Assembly (NCBI GenBank): GCA_051294905.1 | Contig: CM119371.1 | Coordinates: forward strand, 35,404,001-35,468,000 | DNA length: 64,000 nucleotides | Source: Botryllus schlosseri | Lineage: Eukaryota | Direction: 5' to 3' | In this document: positions 13,101-26,380 of the stretch, piece by piece | Layout of the letters: each line of letters begins with the position of its first letter | How positions within the stretch are numbered: position 1 is the stretch's first letter | Notes under the pieces: model-generated | What the model saw: only the letters and a program-made list of their open reading frames with translations | Told to the model about the DNA's origin: nothing | Databases searched by the model: none | Made by a program: the position numbers and the translations under genes

Positions 13101-16100
13101 GTAAACAAGTAAATCAAATTCACATACAAACTCACTATTGGTATATCCTCAATGCATGCAATTATAAAATCCAATATTACCTCGCTGATATTCAACAGTG
13201 CCAGATGGTTGAATTCCTGACGACCGTAGTCACTCGGAAGAACGTGGAAAACTAGTCCTCGAATCTGACTTGCGAGAACTTTGCTGTCCTACAATGCGAA
13301 ATGCAAAAGACGTAATGATGATTGGATGAAGTTCAAAATGTTTTATTGATTGATTCTCCTGTGATACGGAGCTGGAACTTGCGCTTGTATATGAGTATTT
13401 CTTTAAGTCGTTAGCTCTAATTATACTTCTAGGTTCGAGTTTTGCAGTACGAGTAGTTCTAGTACTAGTAGGCTACTAGTTACAGATTCCAAAAATTCAG
13501 TACTTCGTACAAGTCTGGATATGTAGCTTGGGAACAAAATAAAGACAGCTGACCTACCATCTTCTGCATTTCCATGGTACGATAGCGCTCCTTCTCTCGG
13601 AATTCTTCGCCCAAAACGTCGTCCACACAATCTCGCGTGATCACGTTACAAAGTTGCGTCGCTCTTTGCGTGAGATCCCCGTTCGACCAGGTAATCAAGA
13701 TTTGCGTATCGTTCAACCAGTGAAGAGAAAGAAATATGTTGGATTTCCAGCTAAAATGTTGCGGATAATTGCTGTGTTAAACAAGTAAATTCACGAAGAA
13801 AGGACCACTAGTAGATAGGCTACCTATAATTACGGTTGCATCTACAACAAATGGTAAATAAATGTTAAACAGTGTTTTAAATTGATGCCTTTTATATGAA
13901 ACAGTACTGTGTTTTTTCAAACGTTATATAATTATGCCGCAATTGGGTAAATACCTTCAAAAAAGTATGGAGTATGAGCCTACGGACGATTTGCAACCAA
14001 TATAGTCGATGTATACACGATGTGGGGTGACTGGAACACTCGAGATCGTCATCGGTTCAACAGTTTTAGCATGTAGATATATATCGGTACGGAATGGGTG
14101 TTTTGATTATGATGACCGCGACCGCAAAAATGCGGCATAACAATGTAGTCCCGGTTAAAGATATTTTGGTCTGTTTACAACAGTGGTCGGAAGCCTTTTT
14201 CGTGAAGTAGCCACGTTTACTCCATATTCTCACTGTCAATGTCCTTCCATGGTGACGTCACAATTAGGGATTCATGACGTCATGGTATAAAACATGTTTT
14301 AAACAAGGAACACGTTTTAAAACGTGTTAGTTTTAAATGCAACAGTACTGCGGCATATCTAACAACTGTTGAATACCATATACAATGTACATATGTTGAG
14401 GAAATACCGTTCTGTTGGGGTTATTCGAAAATGACTTGCAGTTTCCGGATATGGTCAAAGTAGTCAGCGTTGCAACTCATGTAGAAGTAGAAGTACAACG
14501 TTAAATTCATACTCAATGACGATTAGAAGTATCAATCCTCAAGTCATGACAAAACTGCTTCAAGTGGAAGTAGAAATGAAAGATCTGTGGAATACTCGAG
14601 TAATTAGTTTCTAAAAGTATATTTGATCGGGAATCGCGCACTGTTAGCAGGGTATTTTTGCGACTTACGGAATATGACTAATGACAATAAACATAGGTAG
14701 AATCTTCGAAAATATATTCGGTTACCACGAAACAGGACCCATTTCCCGCGGTTGATTTCTTTCAAACATATATCAAATCTACTTTCTACTTTTTACATTT
14801 CAAATGGAAAACATCAAGTGTTTTCTCCCAAGTACTTCGGCATTAACCCCCTATGGTACTTTATACTCAAGTATATATCTAGTAATTAGAATCTACTGAA
14901 TATCATACGCCTTATTTCATTTTCACAGCGATGGTAACTTTAATGTACTAGCTTAGTACTTAAAATCTCGTTTTCCGAGAAAACATCTATCTGTATTTTT
15001 ATGGTGAGGTGCAGTTTCATAAACCGCTGAAAACGTCCAGTTAGAATAGAGAAACCCACCCTTGTACATTGGGGCTGTTGAATTCCATACCACGCATTTG
15101 ATTGATGTCGAAAACGCGCACCTTTACCACAGGGTTGGCCTGTCCCGTCTGTCATGAAATAATCTTGAATATATGATAGTTAGGAATACAAATCAGACGC
15201 ACTTTCGGTGATTTGTACTTTTCCATACTAGGACTGGTGTATCTGCCATCCGCTCTATTGTTGTAAACCATTAGAAAGGAGTCGTTCACATGCGTATCGT
15301 CAAACGAAGCATAAGCCAGGTATCGGCCGGATGAAGACCACCACAATGCAACATCTTGCTCAAATATCTCTTCTAAAATGTAATTATTTGCGTTTACTAT
15401 ACTTATTAGACGACATATCTTATATATCAATTTCGATCGGTAGTTCACTTTCACGGGTTTGCCTTTAGATTAATTAATTATGTTTTCAAAGTTGCGCAAT
15501 GGCTAGCCACGGTAAAAGAAGGAATTACGATGAAAGTTATCTTGATCTTGGCTTTACATAAATCTACATGGCAATTGAGTGTGCAAGCCACAATGCGTTT
15601 AGTGTTTAGTTCTGTCAAATCAAATGAATGTATCAATGAAACCGGAAAGCTGATAGTTGAAAAATATTGACTTTTTAAATTTTTCTGAGGGGACTCGGTG
15701 TAAAACACTCTGGGAACCCGTGAAATCGATATTATAATGTCTTATCACCTTCGTACAGCCAGTCCGACAATCCGTTTTGATAAAGTCCGTGTTCACCATC
15801 ATTGGTGAGGTTCTTCGCTTCCGAGTCTATTGTGTCTTTGTAATATAAGTTGCCTCCCACATAGTAAAGGATGTCGTGTGAATTGGGCCCGAATGCAACG
15901 TATCGGAATTTTACTACGTCGCGTTCGTGTTTGAATTTTGTCAGCGAACTAAAAGGAATTCAATTAGCTGCTCATATGCTGCTGGATTGCTTGATACACT
16001 GCTCCCAAATGGACCAACTCCCCATCTAAAGTACTGAACAACGAATGCTGAGACGTAATATTGCAATGCAAGTTGAAGAAGGGAGTGTTCTGACGTTTTT

Positions 16101-19100
16101 CGAAGTTTTGTTTGTGAGTTGATGCATTTGGAGCGTCAAACGAACTAAATACTTTCGCTGACACATAACGGCCCGATTAGAACGTGACAATTAGGGATTG
16201 ATTCCATTGTAATGGACACGTGTGCCTATTTATCAGCTTTGAAGCAGTTAGAGCTATTTCAAATAGCACATGTTAGCGTGCATGTCCCATTTTGTGACAT
16301 TATATGATGTTGTTCTCCAAAATTACAAGTCGCCTCGTGGCACACAGTGGGTGAATCACTGCTTTACAATATGAATCAATCAGAACCGTCTCTTCTTCAA
16401 CGTAATCAAAAGAACGAAACTAACGATTAAATATATACAGAAAATGAAATGCGCTATTTTATATAGACGATTGGCTCAAACTACTTAGTAATATTTAAAT
16501 GAAAACACACGGATAAGGAAATGCTGTCGCGTCTATTTACCGTTTTTCGATATCATAGAGATAATAGACTGAGTTGAAAGAGTGTGAATATACGGGATCA
16601 CGATCTGTTTCCAGCAAAGCATATTGCCCGTCCTTTGAGATTTGGAAATCTTGAACGGATTGCTGGTTCTGCATACGGAAAGAAGATACGAAAAATAGAT
16701 TAAGTTCGTTCGGTGGATGTTTAGGGATAAATTCGCACGCAAAACTTGCATGCACGCCCACAGGCAGAGGCTTGCAAAGTAGATACTGTTGGTACCCGAG
16801 TAAAAGTAGAGATAAAGCCATAAAGTACTGTTCCATCACATGCAGAGGTGGTCAGTGACGAAGTACTTACGTCATCTCCGAAAGTGACTATGGTTTATTA
16901 CACTACATCCACTTTTATTTTTCCTTCGCAGTGTGATTCGCAACAACGTGAAACTATAGATAACTAACCTACGGATAGATACCCAACACCCGTCGTCACG
17001 CTTGCTTGCTCGGAGGAAAATACTGCTCAACAATCTGAACTCAACGTAATTGCCAATCCCATAGCTGACGACCCGAGCGCTCAAATTAAATAAAGCTGAT
17101 CTTATTAGAAAGCTACTGTCGCACTGATTCCGAAAATATACATTAAAATCCGATCGAGGATATGGAACCAGCCCGAAATAGCGTTCAAAGTCTGAAAATC
17201 GGCATTGCTCCAGACAATCGCATCGACGCACCACAATGATCATAACAATGACCCTTGCGTGTCTTCGATTGTTCAGAACAATGCCAATTTTCCGACTTTG
17301 AGGTGTATTTCGAGGCGATTCCATTGCCCCGATCGGATTTTAATGTATATTTTCGGAATCAGTGCGACAGTAGCGTTCAAACAAGATCAACTTTATTCAA
17401 TTTGAGCGCTCGGGTCGTCAGCTACGGGATTGGCAATTACGTTGCGTTCAGATTGCTGAGCGGTATTTTCCTCCGAGCAAGCAAGCGTGACGACGGGTGT
17501 TGGGTATCTATCCGTAGGTTAGTTATCTATAGTGAAACGAATAATGACACTGCAAATAACAGGTACAGTCGTCGAAAATATATTCAGCTACCGAGATACC
17601 GGGCTATTCGACGCGTCTCTTATGACAATTAATCGTAAAACGTCATGAAATCATCTCACAAAGCTATATTATCTTCTTTACGAAATCTAAATTATAAAAA
17701 TTAAATAGCTATTGTTAGAAATTAGTAGAAGTGGAAATATATTAAATCATAAACAATTCTGAAGGTAGTGCAATCGGTCCGTGGACATATGAGCACGCGA
17801 CATTTTAGCATGCGACACTTCGGCATGCGACAATGGGGCTTGCGACACATGAGTATGTGGGTTAAATGATTGGTTAGGGGTGGGTTAGGGATGGATTTAT
17901 CGTTGGGTTATCGTTAGGCGTCGGATTAGGATACGGTTTTGGGCTGTAAAGTCTCATGCTGAAGTTATGCGTGCTGAACTGCCCCATGATGAACTGTAGT
18001 TTTACATTGTGTCGCATGCTCATATCTCGGGCAACCAGTGCAATCAGATGAAACATACTGGAGTGCTCCGAAAAGGGTGACTGTACTTCGTTACTGACCC
18101 CCTCTGCCACTATTTACTCTTAGTGAAAAGAGCGTGTATTTCCACCCGTGTACGATACCTGATGCACGGGTGTGAATTTAAACCCATGACACATGAAACC
18201 TGAACATATCTCTGACTTATACCGCAGTATATATCGAGTACATCATTTTATTCCAAATTATACATGCGAAAAGGACCGTAGGAAGGTATGCACGTAGGCA
18301 CGTATAATATACAATGGTGAAATAATTCAGGCTCTGTATTCGTGTTCCACCCTTTTCGGCACTGTGGGTGTGAGCACATACTCTTCTCGCTGAGATTGTA
18401 TGCTCCATTGTATCATTAAATTTATAATTACAATCACTGAAGCTGGAATCAGAATCGTCGGTGCGGCGTTTGGCGACGACAGTCTCATAACATCGCCCGT
18501 CCGATCTTGATATATACAGCCGTTGTTATTCCATAAAATCTTCGGGACTTTCCATCCTTCTTTAAAAATATCGGTCTTGGACAAGCTGGGGACGATGATA
18601 TTTGGCGGGTCTGTTGGGAAACATCTTATCATTAGTGTCGTTACTTTCAGACGTGAGAACTATTGTCCAGAAATGGCGGATTAATGATATGCACAATCTT
18701 TTCAATTTACTACTACTCGCTGAAGATTACCCCTGACAAGTGTCAGCCGAAAATATTCGGGTTTATTTCAATATTGATATACAATAGAATGGACAATGAT
18801 ATTCTTAATCCACGCGGGCAATTTTTAATACTTGAAAGAAGGTTAGGGTATTAACCAAACATACACATTTACAACAGTAATTTTGCCAGAGCTGCGCCAA
18901 TTTAATATTTTTACTCGAATCCAGATACAGATCCTGAATTCATTTTGAAACTTGATAAACCTAAATATTAGGGATGGTGTGAACGCGAGGTTCACGTTCG
19001 TGTTCTGTGTGTGAACCTCGGAAATTTAGAGGTTCGCGTTCACAACAGAACCTCGGTAGGTTCTACACTGTGAACCTTTTTCATAGATTACCATTTTCAC

Positions 19101-21691
19101 TTCATTGTAACATCTTTGGTTCAAATTTAATATATTTCAACTGCGGGCCACTCTATGTATGGCGCTGGCAGCATTAAAAATCAACACTAAACGAACATGC
19201 ACCTTGACAATCTCAAAAGTTTTACTTGCTTTGTTACAATAGTTTGCTCGAAATATCCAGCTCTCCGTTTGTGGATATTTAGTGACACTCTGCTGTGAGC
19301 TTGAGCCGCCATCACACAACATCACGAGTCGAATACGTGGTCAGCGAATGATGCTTATTCAACCAATCAATGAGATTGATATCGTTTTCTGATGCAAAAA
19401 ATCTAGCAGGCGTTGCAGGCGTACGGGGTCAATCTTGAATTCATATCTTTACTGTATCATTAAAACCAAATCCATGCGATTGAGGTGTTGGCTACTGCTG
19501 TAGAACTTGTTAGTGGGGTAATAGCTGTAGCAAGTGGAGAAACCCGTTTTACACTCTGCTCAATATCAATGTAGCAATACCCAGACGCCGAATACATTGT
19601 CCGGTCTGGCCTAGACCTTCAAGGCGTAGGCTGATATTTCTTCGTAAGTTCTCATCGAAATTGTTGGCAAAGCGACGGAAGATTTTGATTTTATGGGAGC
19701 ATTATATCCTTTGATTGCCTCAGTTGATACATTTAGCGGCGTTTACAACACCAATATGTACTTCAGCATTGTGGCATTATGTGGCCCGAGTCGTCGCTAG
19801 GTATCGCGTACAATAATATAGGTTATCGCTTCATTGAAAGATAGAGATGAAATTAGCAAAATGACGTCACGTGACGTCACGAGGTTCACGTTCGTGTTCA
19901 CACAGAACTTTTCAAAAAGGTTCGCGTTCACACGAACCTGAACCTTTCAGAGGTTCACACCATCCCTACTAAATATAAACGTCGATATCACAAATGACAG
20001 TGACTCGCAAAATCATTGGGAATTTGCACGGAAATTAATTCACGGTACATTAGGAATAGCAAATTCGAATCCGCATTTTTTCATCCATTTCGTTAAATCC
20101 GTATCATATATATGCTATGATAAATTTTGTAACCACCTATCTCTCGCAACAAATGCACGGTCGAGATAGCCAACAATTCACCTCAGGTGCAAGTAGATGT
20201 ACAAAATGAAGACATAATTTTAACGTAGTAGTAGACACGTACGGAATATATCACAACTGTCAACGCTGACCGTCCACAGACTTTTAAACAACGGATTAGA
20301 GCAAGGGTTCTCAACCTGGGGGGCGCGGGAGGCTCTCAGTGGGGGCGCGAGAAATTGACAAAGTCTGTATAAATTGTTACTAAACATGTGTTTCACAACC
20401 ATTCTGAAAAGACGATTGTTGAAGATTAAACTTATTTCGTATTCTAGAAAGCTTGCCAAACTCAAACTCCAGCAGTCGCGCTGAACGGAGTATAGGCTGA
20501 CTTCAACTTCATTTGATCAAATTTTTGATATTCTTTGAAGATTTAGAGCAATTCCTACGTGCAAGTCATTCATTACTTTATAAGTTTGGCAGTAGCCTAA
20601 ATCTCGGTGCGCTATGTAGCTGTGGTTAATAGCTGGCGAACTGCACTGCCTAAGACAGACTTAGATGCAATATAGGTAGCCCGGTTTCGCCCTCAATTAG
20701 GCTATAAATCAACACAATTTTTTCATTTCCAAAACTGATCAAATTTAGCATGGCAGGACAGAACGACGCCGTTCTCTCTGTAGTCACTACCATCATCAGG
20801 ATTAGTCTCAGTGCATCCTACCTTGAAAATAATTGATGTCCTGTTCAATGTTTTTTTGTTATTTTCAAACAAGTTTGGGGAAATTTGTCAGCAAGGTAAA
20901 AGACTCAACAACTGGAATGTGGATTCAAAATTGGTGTAAGATATACCTTATGTATACTATTAGATCAGGGGTGGGCAACCTGCGACCGTAGAAGGGAGCT
21001 TGTGCGGCCGTCGACGCCTAATTCAATTAGTATGTGTTGGCGAGAGATGTTATTTAATCTTAAAATTTTCTTCGCGCTCCGCGCAATTCAATAAGGATTC
21101 ATTTTTCGATTTTAATGCAGTAGCGCCCTTTTTAATCTGAGCCGGAATGGGAATCGTCAAGAAATTACAACTAATTCGCGGCTCCGAAAAATTTTCGCGC
21201 TCCGGGCGACAATATGCACTCCCAGCAACTATTCATAACATTGCCACTCGCGATTTCGGTGCGTACAATAGGCCGCTGTGAAAAGTAGAATAGTCCGGAG
21301 TTCACTGCGAATGGATATGGACAGTTTATCATAGGTATTTTGCGTCCAGATCGTTCATTGCGGCTATGCCCTGGAATGCGGCCTTAGGCTACATAAGTAA
21401 GCGAAATGCGGCCATGATTAGCAAGAAGGTTGCCAACCTCTGTATTAGATGATGCGCTCTTTTTGACATGACGATAAATGCAAGGGGGGGGGGTCAGGGG
21501 GCGCGATATTTTTGACCATCGCCAAGGGGGGTGCGTGTCAAAAAAGGTTGAGAACCGCTAGATTAGAGTATTATACCTGGCGTGAAAATGACTACGGAGA
21601 ATGCTACAATTCCAAACACGACCAGTATCACCGCGACCGCAATCAAAATCCCCTTCCAGTTGCTGTCTTCTGCGGTGCTTTTTGCCAGCTC
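7131..21691 (-). CDS. DPP6/DPP10-like: Inactive dipeptidyl peptidase 6/10-like protein (S9B/DPP4 family, type II membrane protein; Kv4 auxiliary-subunit type)
   Basis: 17 GT-AG exons with consistent phases, in transcript order: 21577-21691 (ELAKSTAEDSNWKGILIAVAVILVVFGIVAFSVVIFTP, TM, like DPP6/10 RNWKGIAIALLVILV), 18432-18610, 16541-16668 (ISKDGQYALLE..VYSHSF), 15749-15948 (NGLSDWLYE), 15203-15372 (EEIF..ALWWSSSGRYLAYASFDDT), 15060-15148 (GQANPVVK), 13558-13750, 13181-13288, 12951-13091, 12256-12418, 11936-12097, 11336-11402, 10299-10399, 9821-9899, 8736-8899 (GVMGIYGYAG..PVTDWSLY), 7851-7979, 7131-7414 (stop TAG). Confidence 0.92.
10753..11288. mobile_element. hAT-like MITE with GACTCGAGTC/TGACTT subterminal repeats
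   Basis: Ends CAGGGTTATAA ... TTACAACCCTG with many internal GACTCG/CGAGTC motifs; TSD not clean. Confidence 0.65.
16955..17531. mobile_element. Foldback MITE with 7-bp TSD (P-element-like)
   Basis: Inverted arms of about 260 bp, TATAGATAACTAACC...GGTTAGTTATCTATA, TSD GTGAAAC (16948-16954, 17532-17538). Confidence 0.85.
17776..18036. mobile_element. Mutator-like MITE (9-bp TSD) with internal GGTTAGG-like repeats
   Basis: TSD AGTGCAATC at 17767-17775 and 18037-18045, GG...CC ends, about 15-bp GCATGCGACA subrepeats. Confidence 0.75.
18700..18790 (+). mobile_element. Solo PLE pLTR fragment with a mutated hammerhead
   Basis: ACCCCTGACAAGTGTCAGCCGAAAATATTCGGGT (18729-18762) is identical to 45576-45609 except for core G8>A. 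Confidence 0.7.
18969..19968. mobile_element. hAT-type non-autonomous element, 1000 bp (family also at 29602-30811)
   Basis: TIR TAGGGATGGTGTGAAC...GTTCACACCATCCCTA and perfect 8-bp TSD CTAAATAT. Confidence 0.92.
20302..21560. mobile_element. hAT (Charlie-like) element hosting a second hAT element
   Basis: Ends CAAGGGTTCTCAACC ... GGTTGAGAACCGCTA, TSD GATTAGAG (20294-20301, 21561-21568). Confidence 0.85.
20966..21442. mobile_element. Nested hAT (Charlie-like) MITE
   Basis: Ends CAGGGGTGGGCAACC ... GGTTGCCAACCTCTG, TSD TATTAGAT (20958-20965, 21443-21450). Confidence 0.88.
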
Positions 21692-21769
21692 CTGAATGAA
21701 AATATTTTAATCTGTGAAATCGGAACTAGCTACTCATAGTTTGATGAGACACTTGGAGGTACGGAACTT

Positions 21770-22000
21770 CAATATACAATTCGATAAGACAGTCATATTG
21801 AACTAAACCCGAATATGTTCAGCTGGTACACGCTAGAGGTCATCGTTAGCAACTTAGTGAATTGAGAAGAGCATGATATACAATGTTACAGTGTTATAAA
21901 ATGTTATTCTCAATTCTCCAGTAGTTGTGTACGATTAGACTACCCCTTACAAGTGTCAGCCGAACATATTCGCGTTTATGTGAACATGAACGTTTTTCAA
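21770..22000. mobile_element. Inverted pair of decayed Penelope-like pLTR fragments
   Basis: The plus copy TACCCCTTACAAGTGTCAGCCGAACATATTCGCG (about 21941) and a minus copy (CCCGAATATGTTCAGCTG, about 21808) both resemble the element end at 45570-45625. Confidence 0.6.
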
Positions 22001-22026
22001 TTATATCCAACCCGTATGCGGGCGAA

Positions 22027-22168
22027 ATTCACTAAAATGGTTTCTGTTGGATATACTTGATATATTATCGTGGATATCCAGTTTGGTGGGCAATTATTTC
22101 ACTAATATGGTTTCTGTTGGATATACTTGATATATTATTGTGGTTATCTAGTTTGGTAGGTAATTATG
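22027..22168. repeat. Tandem duplication of about 70 bp (2 copies)
   Basis: TTCACTAA(A/T)ATGGTTTCTGTTGGATATACTTGATATATTAT... occurs twice in succession. Confidence 0.8.
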
Positions 22169-25100
22169 GCTCATGACGAACTGGCGAACAATACGTCATA
22201 GATATGGTCATGGATCATTGGGTAAGTAGTTTCCGTGACTTGCTTAGCTATCGAGTATAGTATGCTAGGAACTTGGATTTCTCTATATTGGTCGGAATAA
22301 TATTGAAGGCGTGGTGTTGTGTAAGTAAGATCTCCTCCATTATTAGTACAGCAAAAAGAACTGATAAAAAGGGGAATAGAGACACTGACCTTGCGCCTAT
22401 TCTTGCCCGACTGCTTAGGTGACCACATACTGTTGCGGCTTACTTGCGATCCCAATAAGAATGGGAAAGCCGGGAAGGATGAGACTTGGAGACTGAAGCG
22501 GGCTCCTGCTAACATGCTGTCTACCTTCGATTTACCAGATATCAGACTAGTGATATAAATAAATCGGGCGTCGCTGAAAGACTTTAGTACCTTGCCTAGT
22601 TCTCAAAAATCGTACATGTGATTCATACATTGGAAATGACACTCCCTAAATTGCGGTAAGAACAACGTTGCTGATGTATGACGTGTCTATTCTTATTTAT
22701 TCACGAATAGCACTGGATTACATTTATTCAATAATCAAAGTAACTTATACTGGTTTGATCCATGTTCCTAATGTCAGTGTTTGGATGAGTCAAATTATGA
22801 CTCCATAGCTAATTACCTATCACCATAGCAACATGTTTCTGTATTATAGATTGCTTAGTGCTACCAAACCTCTCATCTGATTTGAATCAAACATATGTAG
22901 TTTAAACGTGTCTATTTTTCGTCAAAAATTCATGTAGGCTTAGATTTTATCTTATGGGTGTATACGTGGGTTGGGTATTGCATCATATCAACTTATCTCA
23001 ACTTTCTAAGGTTTGTTATAGCCTATACTTTTGGTAGATACTAGACTGAGGCTATAGTATTCAGTTATTATTGATATTATTACTGAAAGCATATTACAAC
23101 TCAGCAACGGTGGACGACAATTGCAATAACGTAAGTAGGTTGCGTACGGTGAAAGGAATGTGTAACTCATTGCAATATCATATTAAAACGATCTATGAAA
23201 TTTGTATTCTATGTACTTTACAGTATTCAGTTAGCTACGTAGTTTAGCTTTAGCAGTCCTGTGTGACCAATGCATTTTTGTGATATCATAATAAACTCTA
23301 GATACGTTACTCGTTTCAGAATATATAGGGAACCAATCTGCCCTTCGATCATCTTGCTGAAATCATGCCTCGTTAATCTAAAGTTTGACTTGACTTTGAC
23401 TTGACCCAAGTCTCCTGCAATAATCTATAGTGACTTGACTTGAGTCCAGTAATAATGTGCAATGACTCAATATTACTGGTTACTTGAAGCTAGTGACTTA
23501 TTACAATACTGCCTAATACTGCTATATCCAAAGTATTCTGTAATATTCATACATCGGAGCGATACCACATAGCTTTTCATTACAAGAACCATAATTAGTG
23601 AAACGCAAAATTTAAGCAACTTTGTAGCCGTTTACTGGAAGGTAATCACATCAAGCTCAACTGATTTAAGTTATTCCAAGTCTATGAAATAAGACAACTG
23701 ATGACGTCAATATCAAATAATAATAATAATAATAACAATAATATGTTTTTGTAGTTTCTTGATGACGTACTGCTCATTCGCGGACGCCTATTGTACTTTC
23801 ATGAACCCCAGTTTAAAACGCGTCTTGCATATGCTGTAATGACACCGTTACTACTGGCATATGATGCACTGTCTTCGACTACTGACATATCTAACATGTA
23901 GGCCTACCTCTTTAACACTAAACAGAATCCAGGAAGGAACTGCTACAAATTTTAATGAAAGTGCCATATACATAATCGGGTAATATGCAGAAATGGGAAT
24001 AGTTGATGCGTTACGCTGAAGCGTGAAAATCCATGAGAATGCGATGGGAATTGTGGCATAATCCATGGGCGGTTTTAGTCCACGTCGCGAACGCGATCTA
24101 TTAAGTCAAATTATCGTGTCCGCGGCCATGTTTCTCATCCATTTTTAATGCGATTGGCAGTGGGCGATCTTATCTAGTCGCGTCTCAGACGACTAAATAA
24201 CAAGGATATTCCAAGATTCGCTCGCTCTAGAATACAACACAGGAAATCATTGGTGTTTGTACATAGACAGAGAGCAAATTAAGCAAATGAAGCGACATCC
24301 TAGTAGCCAATAATGGCATTTTTGGCTTTGCTGAGAATCGGGTGTAACTCCGTATACAAGACATATATAGCCGACGATTCAACGACAATGTTCAATATAA
24401 CATTTTACGTCGGCAAATATTGCTGCCAAATGCTCAATCCCAGAAGAATAATCAATATGATCCTTCTCGATTCGCAAGTAGGCTAAGTCACATATGTACA
24501 GACTTGCTATGTTGTCAGAAGCACCTGGTCGTTTCAAATAGAGTCCGGCGAGACGTTTGTATTGTATATTGCATAACAGAGAAAGGATTGAATTTGAATT
24601 AGGAATTTCAGTAAAATAACTGGACGACATAGTTGTTATTTTGGTACTGATCTGGCTTTCAACACGCGCTTCGAAGGCGTCCCGAACTTCCAAGCGACTT
24701 TTGGGTGAAATTTAATCACAATCGCATACGTCGGAGTATTTACAAGATTTTAACCATGAGAAAGCATGCAAATCAGGCCATCGACTATTTCAAGTGTCAT
24801 TCCAGTAGGTGAAAAAGAGTCAATATATGTCAATCCATACAGAGATATATCGCAGCGGTGTAGTGCGTTCTTTTGACATGTACCAGTTTTCTTGCCTTCG
24901 TAGATTGGTACGCAAAACAGAACTCTCATTCCACCTGTGGATTTGACCCGTTTTCATCCAATGGAATAGGCGTGGAAGCAAATTTTTGTACCAGAAAGGG
25001 CTGTATTATTGATTTTCACTCCACGATATGGTAAAAATCGGCGGAATATATGATTATCGTTTGCAATGCAGGATATTTTATGCACGAGGAACCACTGTAA

Positions 25101-25218
25101 ACGTAAACCGGTAATTTTCCGGATTTTCACCAAGACGTGGGATGCAATTCAAGTTTGCCCATTCGTTAGTACAACATTCAACTTTCAAACCCATATAACA
25201 GTTCCTGCAGAGAAGCGC

Positions 25219-25570
25219 GTGGCGCAGTTTGCTAAGCGTCACGCCACCAATGGCAGTGGTGGCAGTAGATCCCGGACAAATTCTATGCCTCGGAGGATTA
25301 TCTAGGCTCCTCATCGCTAACCTCGCTGCGATTGCAGTGTATAAATAATACCAGAGTATAGGTGAGCCGAGCCAAAAAGTCGGCAAAAAGGACTCCAGAT
25401 ACGGACGCACGGAAAACGAGAGGGACCGATGGCGGGAGAGCGCGAGCATGGAAGTCCGCATGACAAAAAGACGGCAAAAAGAAACCGATGTTAATGAAAT
25501 TACCCTGCTGGGCGCAAATAACATGATACGCGATAAGCGCCGATGCTGTGAATAAAGCAAACAAACAAAC
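25219..25570 (+). mobile_element. tRNA-derived SINE (decayed)
   Basis: A-box-like GTGGCGCAGTTTG head; the body TTATCTAGGCTCCTCATCGC is shared with 26090-26380 and 33826-34090; ends in (CAAA)n. Confidence 0.6.
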
Positions 25571-26089
25571 CAGTTCGTGTGGATGATCCAGATACACCCG
25601 CTCTTATGAGGGCATGTGCTGTGTGCATTCACGAAATAACATTTGTTTACGTTTAAAACCTCAAGAAACAGCAGAATACGATACATGTAAATATAGCCCA
25701 CCACGTGGCATTAACATGATCTCTTTTGTACGACTGCATTTGACTCACAAACCACACCTCCGCATTGCGGGAATGTGGAGAATCAACCATCATCCACCCA
25801 TTTCGTTAACATATATATGTTCAACTCGGAGCTTATCCGAATTAGACTACAATTCGAATTATAGCTACACAGCTTTTACCAAATTAGACCAGAATTAAAA
25901 GTACTGAAATGGCGAAAATTTGAAAATTGAGTTACATTCCGGATTTAAATAAAATTTTATTCACTTTATATCAAAGCAGAGTTCATTCTTATAAGCATGA
26001 CAGTGACAGTGGCCCGTTTCGCACTATTCAGTTCTCTAGCCAGAAATACACGACCGGGAAAGCCAGAAATTAAGTTAGAACTAAAGTTT

Positions 26090-26380
26090 GTTTGTTTTAT
26101 TGGCATAATTGGCGCTTGTAAACACTCGGGTCATTTGCGCCCGCACAGCAAATTTCGTAAGGTATTTTTTCGCTTTTTTCTTGCGTCATTTTTCCGGTCT
26201 TTTGCTGCCTTCTTTCCAGAGTTCGGCTCTGGGCTTTACAAGGCGCTGTGCAGCCTATACAGCGGGATCGGCGATGAGGAGCCCAGATAAACCTCCGACA
26301 CATAGAAACATGGCAGAGCCGAGACTCGAATCAGCAACCATTGGTGTCGTGACTGCAGTGTTCAACCAACTGCGCCACTC
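26090..26380 (-). mobile_element. tRNA-derived SINE
   Basis: The minus strand reads GTGGCGCAGTTGGTT (A box) ... GATTCGAGTC (B-box-like), then TTTATCTGGGCTCCTCATCGCC, and ends AAACAAAC. Confidence 0.65.

Noticed and set aside
17860..17945. Interstitial telomeric repeat (GGTTAGG)
   Set aside because: Only a few degenerate units, internal to a MITE with a 9-bp TSD.
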